Source: Alphaproteobacteria bacterium (GTDB lineage: Bacteria > Pseudomonadota > Alphaproteobacteria > Rs-D84). From it: a DNA stretch of 25,096 nucleotides. The stretch spans positions 1 through 25,096 of the forward strand of contig JAVBPX010000008.1 in assembly GCA_031549365.1 (NCBI GenBank), read 5' to 3'. The translations under genes were made by a program, and so were the position numbers. Positions 16,453 through 25,096 of the stretch are shown here, piece by piece. The notes below the pieces were generated by a model. The model was not told the origin of the DNA, did not search any database, and was given only the letters and a program-made list of their open reading frames with translations. Position 1 is the stretch's first letter. Every line of letters starts with the position of its first letter.

Positions 16453-18516
16453 ATCTTCGACAAAACTGCGAAGTTTCCGCGCCCTCGAAGGATGCTTCAA
16501 TTTATTCAACGCCTTTTGTTCAATCTGACGAATACGTTCACGTGTAACGCCAATGTATTCTCCAACTTCTTCCAATGTTGATGTTTTGTTCGTGCTCATC
16601 CCGAAACGTTGACGCAATACTGTTTCTTCCTTTGGATCCAATGTCGATAAAATCGAAGTAACAATGTTACGCAAATTCTTTTGGGCGGCGGATGTAAACG
16701 GATCAATCGCATTGTCGTCCTGGATAATATCCATACGTGTACTGTCGTCTTCGTTACCAACCGGGGATTCCAAACTGATCGGCTTTAAATTAATCTTCAT
16801 CGCTTTGTGAATTTTATCCACAGGCATATAAACAATTTTCGCCAATTCTTCGGCCGTCGGAGTACGTCCATGCTTGTGTAAAAATTGACGCGATGCCTTT
16901 TTAATTTTATTAATATTTTCAATCATATGAACTGGGATTCGAATTGTTCTGGCCTGATCCGCGATTGAACGGGAAATACCCTGTTGAATCCAACATGTTG
17001 CATACGTTGAAAATTTATAACCCAAACGATAATCAAATTTATCCACAGCTTTCATCAAACCGATATTCCCATCCTGGACCAAATCTGGAAATTCCAATCC
17101 CAATCCACGGTTTGAATATTTTTTCGCAGATTTGATAACCAAACGCAAATTGGCTTCGATCATTTCACGTTTTGCACGTGCAGCTTCGGTCTGACCTTTT
17201 TTTACCAATTCAACAACCTTGCGATATTCACCGGTCGGCAAGCCAGTTTCGGTCGCAATAGCACTGATTTCTGATTGAATTTTTTGAATATCCTTGGCGT
17301 GATTTTTCACAAATCTTTCCCACGCAGGCGACTTGATTTTTGAAATCTTTTTAATCCAATTTGGATTCAATTCGTTACCCTGATATTGTTCCAAAAAATC
17401 TTCGCGTTTAACTTTGGATGCCAGAGCCAAACGTAATAATTTACCCTCTAATCCCATCAATAATTGATTGCGGGCGGTCAAAGCTTCCAATATTTCGTTA
17501 ACTCGATCATCGTGCAAACGAATTTTTGTAACCAATTCGAATAATTCAGCACGAACTTTAACATATTTCTTTTCCAATGCTTCATCCGATTTGTTTGATT
17601 CAATCAAATCGAACAAACGTTGCTTTTGCAATTTTTCAAATTGTGTAAATATTTTTTTAATTTGCGCAAACAAATCCAATACAACAGGCAATAAATTTTC
17701 TTCCATTACTGAAATCGGCGTACCGGACGCACCACGATTCATATCATCTGAATCTTCGCCCAATTCTTCGGTTTCATCCACCACAGATTCTTCATCCAAC
17801 GTATCTTCCAAATCTTCGTCATCCAAACCATCAATATCATCAACACCCTTGGCACGCATAACCATATCCAATTCTTTGACCGACTTCATATCAGCATCAG
17901 ACGAATACATAACATCCAAATTAATAATGTAACGTAATTTTATTTCGTCATTCAATAATTGTTGATACCAATTTAACATAGATCGAATTGTCATAGGCGA
18001 TTCACACAAACCATAAACCAATAAACGGCTGGCTGCTTCAATTCGTTGGGCAATTGCAACTTCGCCAGGCCCAGATAATAATTGAATCGAACCAATTGCC
18101 TTTAAATACGATTGAACAGAATCTTGAACCATTGTAACTGGCCCAATATTCGAATTATTTAATTGTTTTGCATAAAAATCATATTCTTCGTCATCAAATT
18201 CCAACAAATCATTATTAGCATCAAAAGGATTACGATTTTTCATTCTGGAATTTGTTTCGTCTTCTTCCTCTTCAACACGTTCCAAAACCGGAACTTCAGA
18301 CTCCAAAATTTCCAACCCTAAATCTTGTTTAAAAAATGATAATACTTCGTCCAATTGATCATCAACCAATTCGTCATTTTCGGCCGCGGCATTAAATTCC
18401 ATTAACGAGAGATAGCCCGATTCACTTGCGTGTTGGGCTAAATCTTTTAAATTTTCCGGCAAAGTATCAATTAAAAACTGTGTCGCAGTATCAATATTTA
18501 TATTTGGTTTCGTCAT
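16450..18516 (-). CDS. rpoD: Primary RNA polymerase sigma factor sigma70
   Basis: 688 aa with region 1.1, acidic non-conserved region, EANLRLV, GNIGLMKAVDKF, ADQARTIRIPVHMIE, TLEEVG...VTRERIRQIE.KAL.KLKHPSR. Confidence 0.96.
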   Translation of the reverse strand: MTKPNINIDTATQFLIDTLPENLKDLAQHASESGYLSLMEFNAAAENDELVDDQLDEVLSFFKQDLGLEILESEVPVLERVEEEEDETNSRMKNRNPFDANNDLLEFDDEEYDFYAKQLNNSNIGPVTMVQDSVQSYLKAIGSIQLLSGPGEVAIAQRIEAASRLLVYGLCESPMTIRSMLNWYQQLLNDEIKLRYIINLDVMYSSDADMKSVKELDMVMRAKGVDDIDGLDDEDLEDTLDEESVVDETEELGEDSDDMNRGASGTPISVMEENLLPVVLDLFAQIKKIFTQFEKLQKQRLFDLIESNKSDEALEKKYVKVRAELFELVTKIRLHDDRVNEILEALTARNQLLMGLEGKLLRLALASKVKREDFLEQYQGNELNPNWIKKISKIKSPAWERFVKNHAKDIQKIQSEISAIATETGLPTGEYRKVVELVKKGQTEAARAKREMIEANLRLVIKSAKKYSNRGLGLEFPDLVQDGNIGLMKAVDKFDYRLGYKFSTYATCWIQQGISRSIADQARTIRIPVHMIENINKIKKASRQFLHKHGRTPTAEELAKIVYMPVDKIHKAMKINLKPISLESPVGNEDDSTRMDIIQDDNAIDPFTSAAQKNLRNIVTSILSTLDPKEETVLRQRFGMSTNKTSTLEEVGEYIGVTRERIRQIEQKALNKLKHPSRARKLRSFVED

Positions 18517-18561
18517 GATAATCCTATGGGCTGTGCGTTATCGATGAAAAGCGTTGCGAAA

Positions 18562-19110
18562 TTATTCCGCAACAACTTCTTTTTTCGAATCAGATTTCTT
18601 TTTGGCTTTGGCCACGGCTTCTTGAACGCTACCCTCGGTTGTTAATCCCAACACAATCGGATTTTGAATCGTAGCAGATCCCAACGAAGAATGTGTTTTA
18701 TTGCGCAATGCTTCCACAGTTTTTTTTGTTGAACGTAATAACTTTGCAATCTGAGTATCTGACAATTCTGGGTAATTTTTTAACAACCATAAAATCCCGC
18801 CAATTCTGTTTTGACGATGAATCAATGGTATATATCTTGATTTGTTTGGTTGTGATTTTTGTGCTGCAATCGCGCTATCATTTAATTCCAAACGCGCTGC
18901 TGGATCAGATTCGCAACGTAAAATTTCATCACGAGTCAATTGACCGTTTAAAATCGGATTCAAACCCTGCATTTTTCTGGTTTCAGCATTTGCAATAGCA
19001 GTAACTTCCAATTCATGCAATCCACAAAAATTTGCAATCTGTTCAAAAGTTAATTTTGTATTTTCGATCAACCATTGTGCGGTCGACGTTGGCATATATG
19101 GGTAAAACAT
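18562..19110 (-). CDS. trcR: DUF1013 family protein / cell-cycle transcriptional regulator TrcR
   Basis: MPTSTAQWLIENTKLTFEQIANFCGLHELEV, NPILNGQLTRDEI, WLLKNYPELSDTQIAKL, NPIVLGL match my recollection of the family. Confidence 0.82.
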   Translation of the reverse strand: MFYPYMPTSTAQWLIENTKLTFEQIANFCGLHELEVTAIANAETRKMQGLNPILNGQLTRDEILRCESDPAARLELNDSAIAAQKSQPNKSRYIPLIHRQNRIGGILWLLKNYPELSDTQIAKLLRSTKKTVEALRNKTHSSLGSATIQNPIVLGLTTEGSVQEAVAKAKKKSDSKKEVVAE

Positions 19111-19255
19111 GAAAAATCTCCGGGTTCAAAAATAGGATAACGGGGTATATATAACTCATTTGAAGGCGAATTTCAAGTAAAAATCGTTAAAATCACCAAA
19201 ATAGTTTCTTGATTTTCAATCTAAATTATGCAACGGTTATCTAGCAAGAAAGGAA

Positions 19256-19708
19256 ATGGATAAAATGTCCCAAAAAACATTGGATTATCAACAGCTGTTG
19301 GAAAATGCGCTGATCGGCATCGTACGCGAAGCATTACGCCTCACCCAATCATACGGTTTGGTTGACGATCATCATTTCTATATCACATTTAAAACACGAT
19401 TCCCAGGCATTAAAATTCCTGATTTTTTGCGCGTAAAATACCCAGATACTATGACAATCGTTTTACAAAACGCATTTTCAAATTTAAACGTAGCCGAGGA
19501 TGAATTCGGAGTAACCCTAACATTCGATGGCCGCCCATTTTTTGTCCGCATCCCATTTGCCGCATTGATTGAATTTCGCGACCCATCCGTCGAGTTCACA
19601 CTACAATTTCACCCAGACGATGAAATCAATGACGAACCCAAATTGGAATTACCACTGGAAGACGAAAACGAAAAAATCATCCAATTGGACACCTTTCGCA
19701 AACACTAA
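19256..19708 (+). CDS. sspB: ClpXP specificity-enhancing factor SspB, alphaproteobacterial type
   Basis: HHFYITFKTRFPG, YPDTMTIVLQN, FGVTLTF, IPFAAL..F.DPSVEF.LQF and C-terminal IIQLDTFRKH ClpX-binding motif; start may be 19265. Confidence 0.9.
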   Translation: MDKMSQKTLDYQQLLENALIGIVREALRLTQSYGLVDDHHFYITFKTRFPGIKIPDFLRVKYPDTMTIVLQNAFSNLNVAEDEFGVTLTFDGRPFFVRIPFAALIEFRDPSVEFTLQFHPDDEINDEPKLELPLEDENEKIIQLDTFRKH

Positions 19709-19783
19709 TTTTCATAATTTATAGTAATATTAACTGACAAAAAATAATCAAAACAATTTTTAAACATAATATAAGCACAACTG

Positions 19784-19810
19784 AAAAACGCGTGATAATC
19801 ACGCGTTTTT
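19784..19810. terminator. Bidirectional terminator between sspB and lysS
   Basis: AAAAACGCGTGA-TAA-TCACGCGTTTTT. Confidence 0.85.
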
Positions 19811-19865
19811 AAATTTTATATTAATCTGTAAAAAGTAATCAAAACGAGTCGTATAGACGTTTTCG

Positions 19866-21332
19866 TTACTTTTTCTCTTTAAGGATTGGAAAAGCAACTA
19901 TATCCCGTATTGACTGTTTATTCAACACCAACATAATCAACCGATCAATTCCAATTCCAATACCGCCTGTGGGTGGCATGGCGTATTCCAATGCTGTAAT
20001 GAAATCTTCGTCCATCATGTCGGCTTCGTCATCGCCACGATCACGCGCTGCGGCTTGTTTTTCCAATCGCGCACGCTGATCACGCGGATCGGTCAATTCG
20101 GAATAAGCATTGCATAATTCCATCCCAAACATACGTGTTTCAAAACGTTCAACCAAACGTTCACACCCACGATGTGTTTTGGTCAATGGCGAAATTTCGA
20201 CAGGATAATCAATAACATGTACAGGATCAATTAATGATTCTTCGACGCGTTCGTTAAACACTTCTTCGACCACATGCCCCCAAGTTGCATCTTTTTCAAC
20301 ATCAACCCCCAATTCTTTGGCTTTGGCACGGGCGGCAACATCATCATGAATTTCCATGAAATCAACGCCTGTTTTTTCACGAACCAAATCCAACATCGGA
20401 GCACGACGCCAAGGCGGAGTAACATCAACCGTATGATCACCAAAAACCATCTTGGACGAACCATTAAATTTCATATTCAACGAATAAACCAATTGTTCAA
20501 CCAAATCCATCATATCGTTATAATCGGCAAATTGTTGATATGCCTCCATCATTGTGAATTCAGGATTATGTGTTGTATCGGTCCCCTCGTTTCTGAAATT
20601 TTTACCAATTTCAAATACGCGTTCCATCCCACCAATAATCAAACGCTTTAAATATAGTTCCGGCGCAACACGCATAAACAAATCGCGATCCAATGAATTA
20701 TGATGCGTAATAAATGGTTTCGCCGTTGCCCCACCTTTTTGTTCTTGTAAAATTGGTGTTTCAACCTCCAAAAAGCCCCGTCCTTCCATAAAATGACGAA
20801 TTTCAGATGTAATTTTAAATCTATTTGTTAATGTCTCGCGGGAATCCTCATTCATAATCATATCCAAATACCGCTGGCGATAACGCATTTCTGTATCGGA
20901 TAATCCATGAAATTTCTCAGGCATAGGCAACAGAGTTTTCGCCAACACAACAATTTCTTGGACTGTGATTGTTAATTCACCGGTTGATGTTTTACCCAAT
21001 GTCCCTGTAACACCGATCCAGTCCCCAACACGTAATAGTTTTAATACAACGGCTGTTGTTTCATCCAGCGCGTTTTTATTTGCAAACAATTGAATTTTAC
21101 CAGACGCATCACGAATATCCATAAACATACCGGAATTACGGTACGCATAAATTCGTCCGGCAACAGTTGTTACATCCGTTGTTTTTTCATCAGCTTTTAA
21201 TCCTTCGTATTTTTTCTGTAAATCGGCTGCTTTTGCTTGGGGTTTAAAAATATGAGGATAAGCACATACACCCAATTCTTCCAATTTATTTAAACGCTCG
21301 ACATAACTTGCGCGCTGCGGATTTTCTGCCAT
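19866..21332 (-). CDS. lysS: Lysine--tRNA ligase, class II
   Basis: OB-fold then RYRQRYLD, FLEVETPIL, GGATAKPF, motif 2 FRNEG...HNPEFTMMEAY, NAYSELTDP, motif 3 MPPTGGIGIGIDRL. Confidence 0.96.
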   Translation of the reverse strand: MAENPQRASYVERLNKLEELGVCAYPHIFKPQAKAADLQKKYEGLKADEKTTDVTTVAGRIYAYRNSGMFMDIRDASGKIQLFANKNALDETTAVVLKLLRVGDWIGVTGTLGKTSTGELTITVQEIVVLAKTLLPMPEKFHGLSDTEMRYRQRYLDMIMNEDSRETLTNRFKITSEIRHFMEGRGFLEVETPILQEQKGGATAKPFITHHNSLDRDLFMRVAPELYLKRLIIGGMERVFEIGKNFRNEGTDTTHNPEFTMMEAYQQFADYNDMMDLVEQLVYSLNMKFNGSSKMVFGDHTVDVTPPWRRAPMLDLVREKTGVDFMEIHDDVAARAKAKELGVDVEKDATWGHVVEEVFNERVEESLIDPVHVIDYPVEISPLTKTHRGCERLVERFETRMFGMELCNAYSELTDPRDQRARLEKQAAARDRGDDEADMMDEDFITALEYAMPPTGGIGIGIDRLIMLVLNKQSIRDIVAFPILKEKK

Positions 21333-21367
21333 GATATATTCCTTTGTTCGTGTAAAATCACGCGCTG

Positions 21368-21395
21368 ATTATAACACACATCACTATGATTTCAA
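21368..21395 (-). promoter_or_regulatory. lysS promoter
   Basis: Minus strand TTGAAA - 16 bp - TATAAT. Confidence 0.7.
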
Positions 21396-21400
21396 GTAAA

Positions 21401-22756
21401 TTAACGGAATTTTTTGCGAAAATTCAACAAATTGCGAACAGCCTGCCCCATTTTTAATTCCGGCATTTTATAATATTTGCTATACAAATAATCATTATGT
21501 GGAATAAAATACTCAATTAAATTTGCATCATCTGACAACTTCGCGATAAATCTTGTTTCATCATTACCGTTTGGACAAAAAGCCAAATCATTTTCATCCT
21601 CGAATCTTGCCTTGTAAATTTCATCCAATAAAATTTTATTTTTATCCCCTGATCGTAAAATTGTAAATGAATCCCATGGCTCTAAATTATCTTTAAACTT
21701 GGTTGCCCATAATAATCTTTCATCCCTTTTACTTATGCTCAAACAATGTACACCTTTAAATAAAACCCGCATACCGTCATTTGACATTAATCCCGCATAA
21801 AATCTACCTTGATTTGGCAATTGATATGAAAACACATTTTCTTGAAACCTTGTATCTTCACGCAAACCGTTTCCCTTGCCTTCGGAAAAATTAATGGCTT
21901 CCATTAATAATGTTTTTCCGTCACGTGTGTATAATTCGGACATACTGCTCGACTCTTTCTGTGCAACCAGCGCACCATTCGTCATCGGCTTGATACGATA
22001 ATAATTGTTTAACAATAATTCATTAAAATCATCCGACACCATGGATAGCCTTGATCTTGCATTTGGGTTTTCCAATAAATCCGATGTTTTATAATAAACC
22101 AATATATTCGGATAATATTTCATTTTTGACAAGCCAACAACACCATCCAATAAAACCCGACGTCCATCCTCGGAAATTAATATCTTTTCTTTTTTATACT
22201 CAATTTTTGCGTCTAGATTTACGTTCAATCTCTGATTAAATTCATACCCCAAAGTAAATTTTGGATCAATATAGCAATGATTAATACGATCCGATTCAGA
22301 AACATAAACCAAGCTATCATGAATATATATTTTTTTAACTAATCTCCCGTCACGATGTCCCAAACGGATCCTAACATTTTTGTTTTTTTCGAACATAATA
22401 TTATGTTTTTCAGCCAATTTTTTGGAACCAGCATCCATATTGGATAACATTCGATCTGCCAATAAATCATTTTCTTTTTCAAAATCTGAAATTGATTTTA
22501 CAGGCTCTGGCCTACAAACAACCTCTAATACATACTGTGTCGACATCGTAATATTTGGCATTTTTGGAGGACCAACTAACACAACACCAGACGTATTTCC
22601 TGCAGACATTTTGTTATTATCCTTGGCCTCGGCTTCCAGGGCCTTGAATTGATCACGTAAAATTTGTAATTTATCCATGGCTTCCAAGTCAAAATCCCCC
22701 AACATGTTTCCATGAATTGGCGTTTTATATTTATTATGCTTTGGTTTTTTTGCCAT
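21401..22756 (-). CDS. Hypothetical protein (451 aa) with S/T-x-D-G repeats
   Basis: Long ORF with RBS GAGGA and own promoter; no family recognised. Confidence 0.75.
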   Translation of the reverse strand: MAKKPKHNKYKTPIHGNMLGDFDLEAMDKLQILRDQFKALEAEAKDNNKMSAGNTSGVVLVGPPKMPNITMSTQYVLEVVCRPEPVKSISDFEKENDLLADRMLSNMDAGSKKLAEKHNIMFEKNKNVRIRLGHRDGRLVKKIYIHDSLVYVSESDRINHCYIDPKFTLGYEFNQRLNVNLDAKIEYKKEKILISEDGRRVLLDGVVGLSKMKYYPNILVYYKTSDLLENPNARSRLSMVSDDFNELLLNNYYRIKPMTNGALVAQKESSSMSELYTRDGKTLLMEAINFSEGKGNGLREDTRFQENVFSYQLPNQGRFYAGLMSNDGMRVLFKGVHCLSISKRDERLLWATKFKDNLEPWDSFTILRSGDKNKILLDEIYKARFEDENDLAFCPNGNDETRFIAKLSDDANLIEYFIPHNDYLYSKYYKMPELKMGQAVRNLLNFRKKFR

Positions 22757-22787
22757 TTTATCCTCGAGATCCTGTTCTTACCGATTT

Positions 22788-22815
22788 ATTTTATCCTAAA
22801 ACAACAAATTGTCAA
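22788..22815 (-). promoter_or_regulatory. Promoter of hypothetical gene
   Basis: Minus strand TTGACA - 16 bp - TAAAAT. Confidence 0.65.
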
Positions 22816-22869
22816 CTTTATTTTTATGCTTTATATGATTTTAATCCAAATGTCCAGCGAAAGTTTTTT

Positions 22870-22898
22870 TTGACATCCACGACAAAATTCGCTACCCT
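22870..22898 (+). promoter_or_regulatory. Putative promoter of outer membrane protein gene
   Basis: TTGACA - 17 bp - TACCCT. Confidence 0.5.
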
Positions 22899-22952
22899 AT
22901 CAACCAGGACTCTTTACAAGTCCTGAATTTAACTAAAAAAAAGGTAAAACAA

Positions 22953-24026
22953 ATGAAGAAAACTTTGATGGGAGCATCATTCCTGGCCTTGACTATCGCT
23001 GCTGGCTCGGCATTCGCTGCCCCTACCAACATGGAAAACCCACTGTACGCACCAGCCAAAGGAAATTTTTATTCAAAAACTTCTGTTGGTGTTATGTACA
23101 AAGAAGTAGATAATAACTACATTGAAAAAGCCAAAGGCGACGCCGGCGAATCACAATGGCCAGTATATCGCGTTTACGAAGATCTTGGATTCGGAATCAC
23201 AGACCGCTTGGCAATGTGGGGCGCAGTATCATACACAGACAACAGTGACGCAGATCGTTCTGGATTATCAAACGGACGTTTGGGCTTAATTTATCGTATC
23301 TTGTCTGAAAAAAGCCCAATGATTTGGGACGTATACGGGGACATTCACTTGGCTGGCGTATCCACAATGGAAGCAGATTTGGTATTGGCTCAAAACCCTC
23401 AATTGAAACCATTGGTATTCAATTACAAAAACTATACCACTGGCCGTTATGGTATCGTTGGCGGAACTCGTTTTGGAAAAACATGGGATGATTTCACAGC
23501 TGCTGTTTTTGCTGAAATCCACCACAGCTTTGGCGATGACAACAACGAAATCAACAACGAAGTTCCAGATGCATTCTTTAATGCTTTGGCTGGCGGGGCA
23601 CCAATCGCTGCTGCATTTCCAACAACAATCAAAGTTGATTTGAAATCCACAAACGATTACTCCACTGGTTTAAAATCCATGTGGCAAATTGATGAAAAAT
23701 GGTCATTGGGCGGTTCTTTCACATATAAATATCACGCAAATAATAAAATTGCAGATGTTAATATTGATTTAAAATCACTGGGCAACCCTCTGCTTGACGG
23801 TGGCGCGACAGCTATCGCCAATGGATTAAAGGCAGCAAATATGGGCAACCAAAAAGATGGATTTAACGAATACATCTTTAATGCGTCCATTGCTCGCCAA
23901 TTATCAGACAACACCCAGGTTGCATTGTATGCAGAATACACAATGGACGATGCGTTCAGCGATAATTCTCAGAACACAACCAGTGTAAAAGTAGAAGGCG
24001 GAGCACGTCTGAACTTGCAATTCTAA
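22953..24026 (+). CDS. Outer membrane beta-barrel protein (porin-like)
   Basis: Sec signal MKKTLMGASFLALTIAAGSAFA; amphipathic strands; C-terminal GGARLNLQF BAM-type signal; strong terminator. Confidence 0.8.
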   Translation: MKKTLMGASFLALTIAAGSAFAAPTNMENPLYAPAKGNFYSKTSVGVMYKEVDNNYIEKAKGDAGESQWPVYRVYEDLGFGITDRLAMWGAVSYTDNSDADRSGLSNGRLGLIYRILSEKSPMIWDVYGDIHLAGVSTMEADLVLAQNPQLKPLVFNYKNYTTGRYGIVGGTRFGKTWDDFTAAVFAEIHHSFGDDNNEINNEVPDAFFNALAGGAPIAAAFPTTIKVDLKSTNDYSTGLKSMWQIDEKWSLGGSFTYKYHANNKIADVNIDLKSLGNPLLDGGATAIANGLKAANMGNQKDGFNEYIFNASIARQLSDNTQVALYAEYTMDDAFSDNSQNTTSVKVEGGARLNLQF

Positions 24027-24085
24027 TAGATTTTTCGTCATGCTGAATTTATTTTGGCATCTCGAAAATTTAATTGGAACAATTC

Positions 24086-24109
24086 GCCCGGGGCCACCCC
24101 CGGGCTTTT
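24086..24109 (+). terminator. Rho-independent terminator
   Basis: GCCCGGGG-CCAC-CCCCGGGC-TTTT. Confidence 0.85.
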
Positions 24110-24293
24110 ATTTATTGTCATTGTTGACCACAACATGGCGCGGCAAAGCTATTGAAACAAATTTATTCCAATACTTTATTTTACATAACAAAATAAAATG
24201 CCCCATTAATCCATGGGATAAAACATCCTTTTTCCTCTTGCCTAAAAAAACCATCCTGTGCTAGAATATCCATATAAGAGAAAGAGGTCATTC

Positions 24294-24857
24294 ATGAAAA
24301 AATCACTATTCGCATTATTGGCAGCCGTTGCTGTATCTGCATGCGCACCATCGTCGAATCCCAACAAATCTGTATATGATGCTGATGCCTATGCCTCCGG
24401 CGGGGACGAGGCACCATATTTAAACGAACGCACAATGCGTTTTATGGAATCTGAAAATGCCTATGCAAATGTTGATACATATCGCCCAAAAACTGACGAG
24501 GAAAAAACCCGCATGGCCGAGCGTTGGGAATCATCACGCGTTGACACAAAATGGGAAGAATATCGCGGCACAATGGTAAAAATCCAAATATTATTAGGAT
24601 CATCCGATTTGCGTGAAATGCGTTTACAATTAATGCAAAATTCATCCGGCGGTGACATTAACGCAAATTCCCGCGAAGTATTAACAACCGTATCCGAACA
24701 CATGATGCGCCATGTTTGTGGTCGTAATGTAAAATCAACATTATTGGTATACGATCGTCCATCATTTAACGTTGTTCGCCCAACACCATTCTTTGACTAT
24801 CGCGTCGAAGACGAAGGCGCAACAATGCGCGAATACGGCTTCCGCTGCGTATATTAA
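24294..24857 (+). CDS. Hypothetical lipoprotein
   Basis: MKKSLFALLAAVAVSA-C lipobox; RBS GAGGT before ATG 24294; candidate promoter TTGCCT-18-TAGAAT at 24238-24267. Confidence 0.8.
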   Translation: MKKSLFALLAAVAVSACAPSSNPNKSVYDADAYASGGDEAPYLNERTMRFMESENAYANVDTYRPKTDEEKTRMAERWESSRVDTKWEEYRGTMVKIQILLGSSDLREMRLQLMQNSSGGDINANSREVLTTVSEHMMRHVCGRNVKSTLLVYDRPSFNVVRPTPFFDYRVEDEGATMREYGFRCVY

Positions 24858-24859
24858 AA

Positions 24860-25096
24860 TATCATCCCTCTGTGCCACAACTCCGCAACAATCATTGCAA
24901 CACAACACAAATGTCATTGCGAGCGCAGCACACCAATCTCAACAATACCCCTCATCAAACCCTTGGTCATCCGTATCGCATAGCCGAGAGGATCCAGTAA
25001 AAAACCATTGCAACGCAATGTATATAGATCACAACAATATTAAAAACCTCGCCCCTGGTGGGCGAGGCAACAAAACCCGACAATTATTTGTCGTGG
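24860..25096. repeat. Cluster of degenerate REP/RPE-like palindromic elements
   Basis: TGTCATTGCGAGCGCAGC..CAATCTC (24912-24940), GTCATCC...GGATCCAG (24966-24997), CATTGC-AAC-GCAATG, CCTCGCCC-CTGGT-GGGCGAGG (25047-25067), CGACAA-TTAT-TTGTCG. Confidence 0.55.

Noticed and set aside
16993-16995. Alternative genetic code (TGT read as Trp)
   Set aside because: TGT and TGC interchange at equivalent Cys positions in the 138-bp repeat, TGG is used for Trp, and tRNA-Cys(GCA) looks normal.

Overview
AT-rich bacterial chromosomal window, most likely a divergent alphaproteobacterium (DUF1013/TrcR-like, alpha-type SspB and DUF4167-like genes; placement is inference). In order: 3' part of a large Cys-rich repeat protein, a very short SRP RNA (ffs), a frameshifted double-HTH gene, rpsA, DUF4167-like gene, a translationally coupled TolC-adaptor-RND-HAD operon, an alpha/beta hydrolase, ftsH, tilS, a LOG-family gene, tRNA-Cys(GCA) followed by a tandem array of structured units each ending in the tRNA 3' end, an ERIC/RPE-like palindrome, rpoD, trcR-like, sspB, class II lysS, a hypothetical protein, an outer-membrane beta-barrel, a lipoprotein and REP-like elements. 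The most striking observations are: (1) the tRNA-Cys-linked array, with conserved blocks alternating with variable but still paired hairpins and an antisense copy of the tRNA T-arm; (2) an RND system whose pump lacks the D407/D408/K940 proton relay and whose adaptor seems to lack both lipoyl and alpha-hairpin domains; (3) a primary sigma70 with the W433 position changed to Cys, alongside many near-consensus promoters with 16-bp spacers; (4) FtsH lacking the pore-loop aromatic; (5) a ~70-75 nt SRP RNA with a shortened helix 8. All family assignments come from motif recognition by eye, not database searches.
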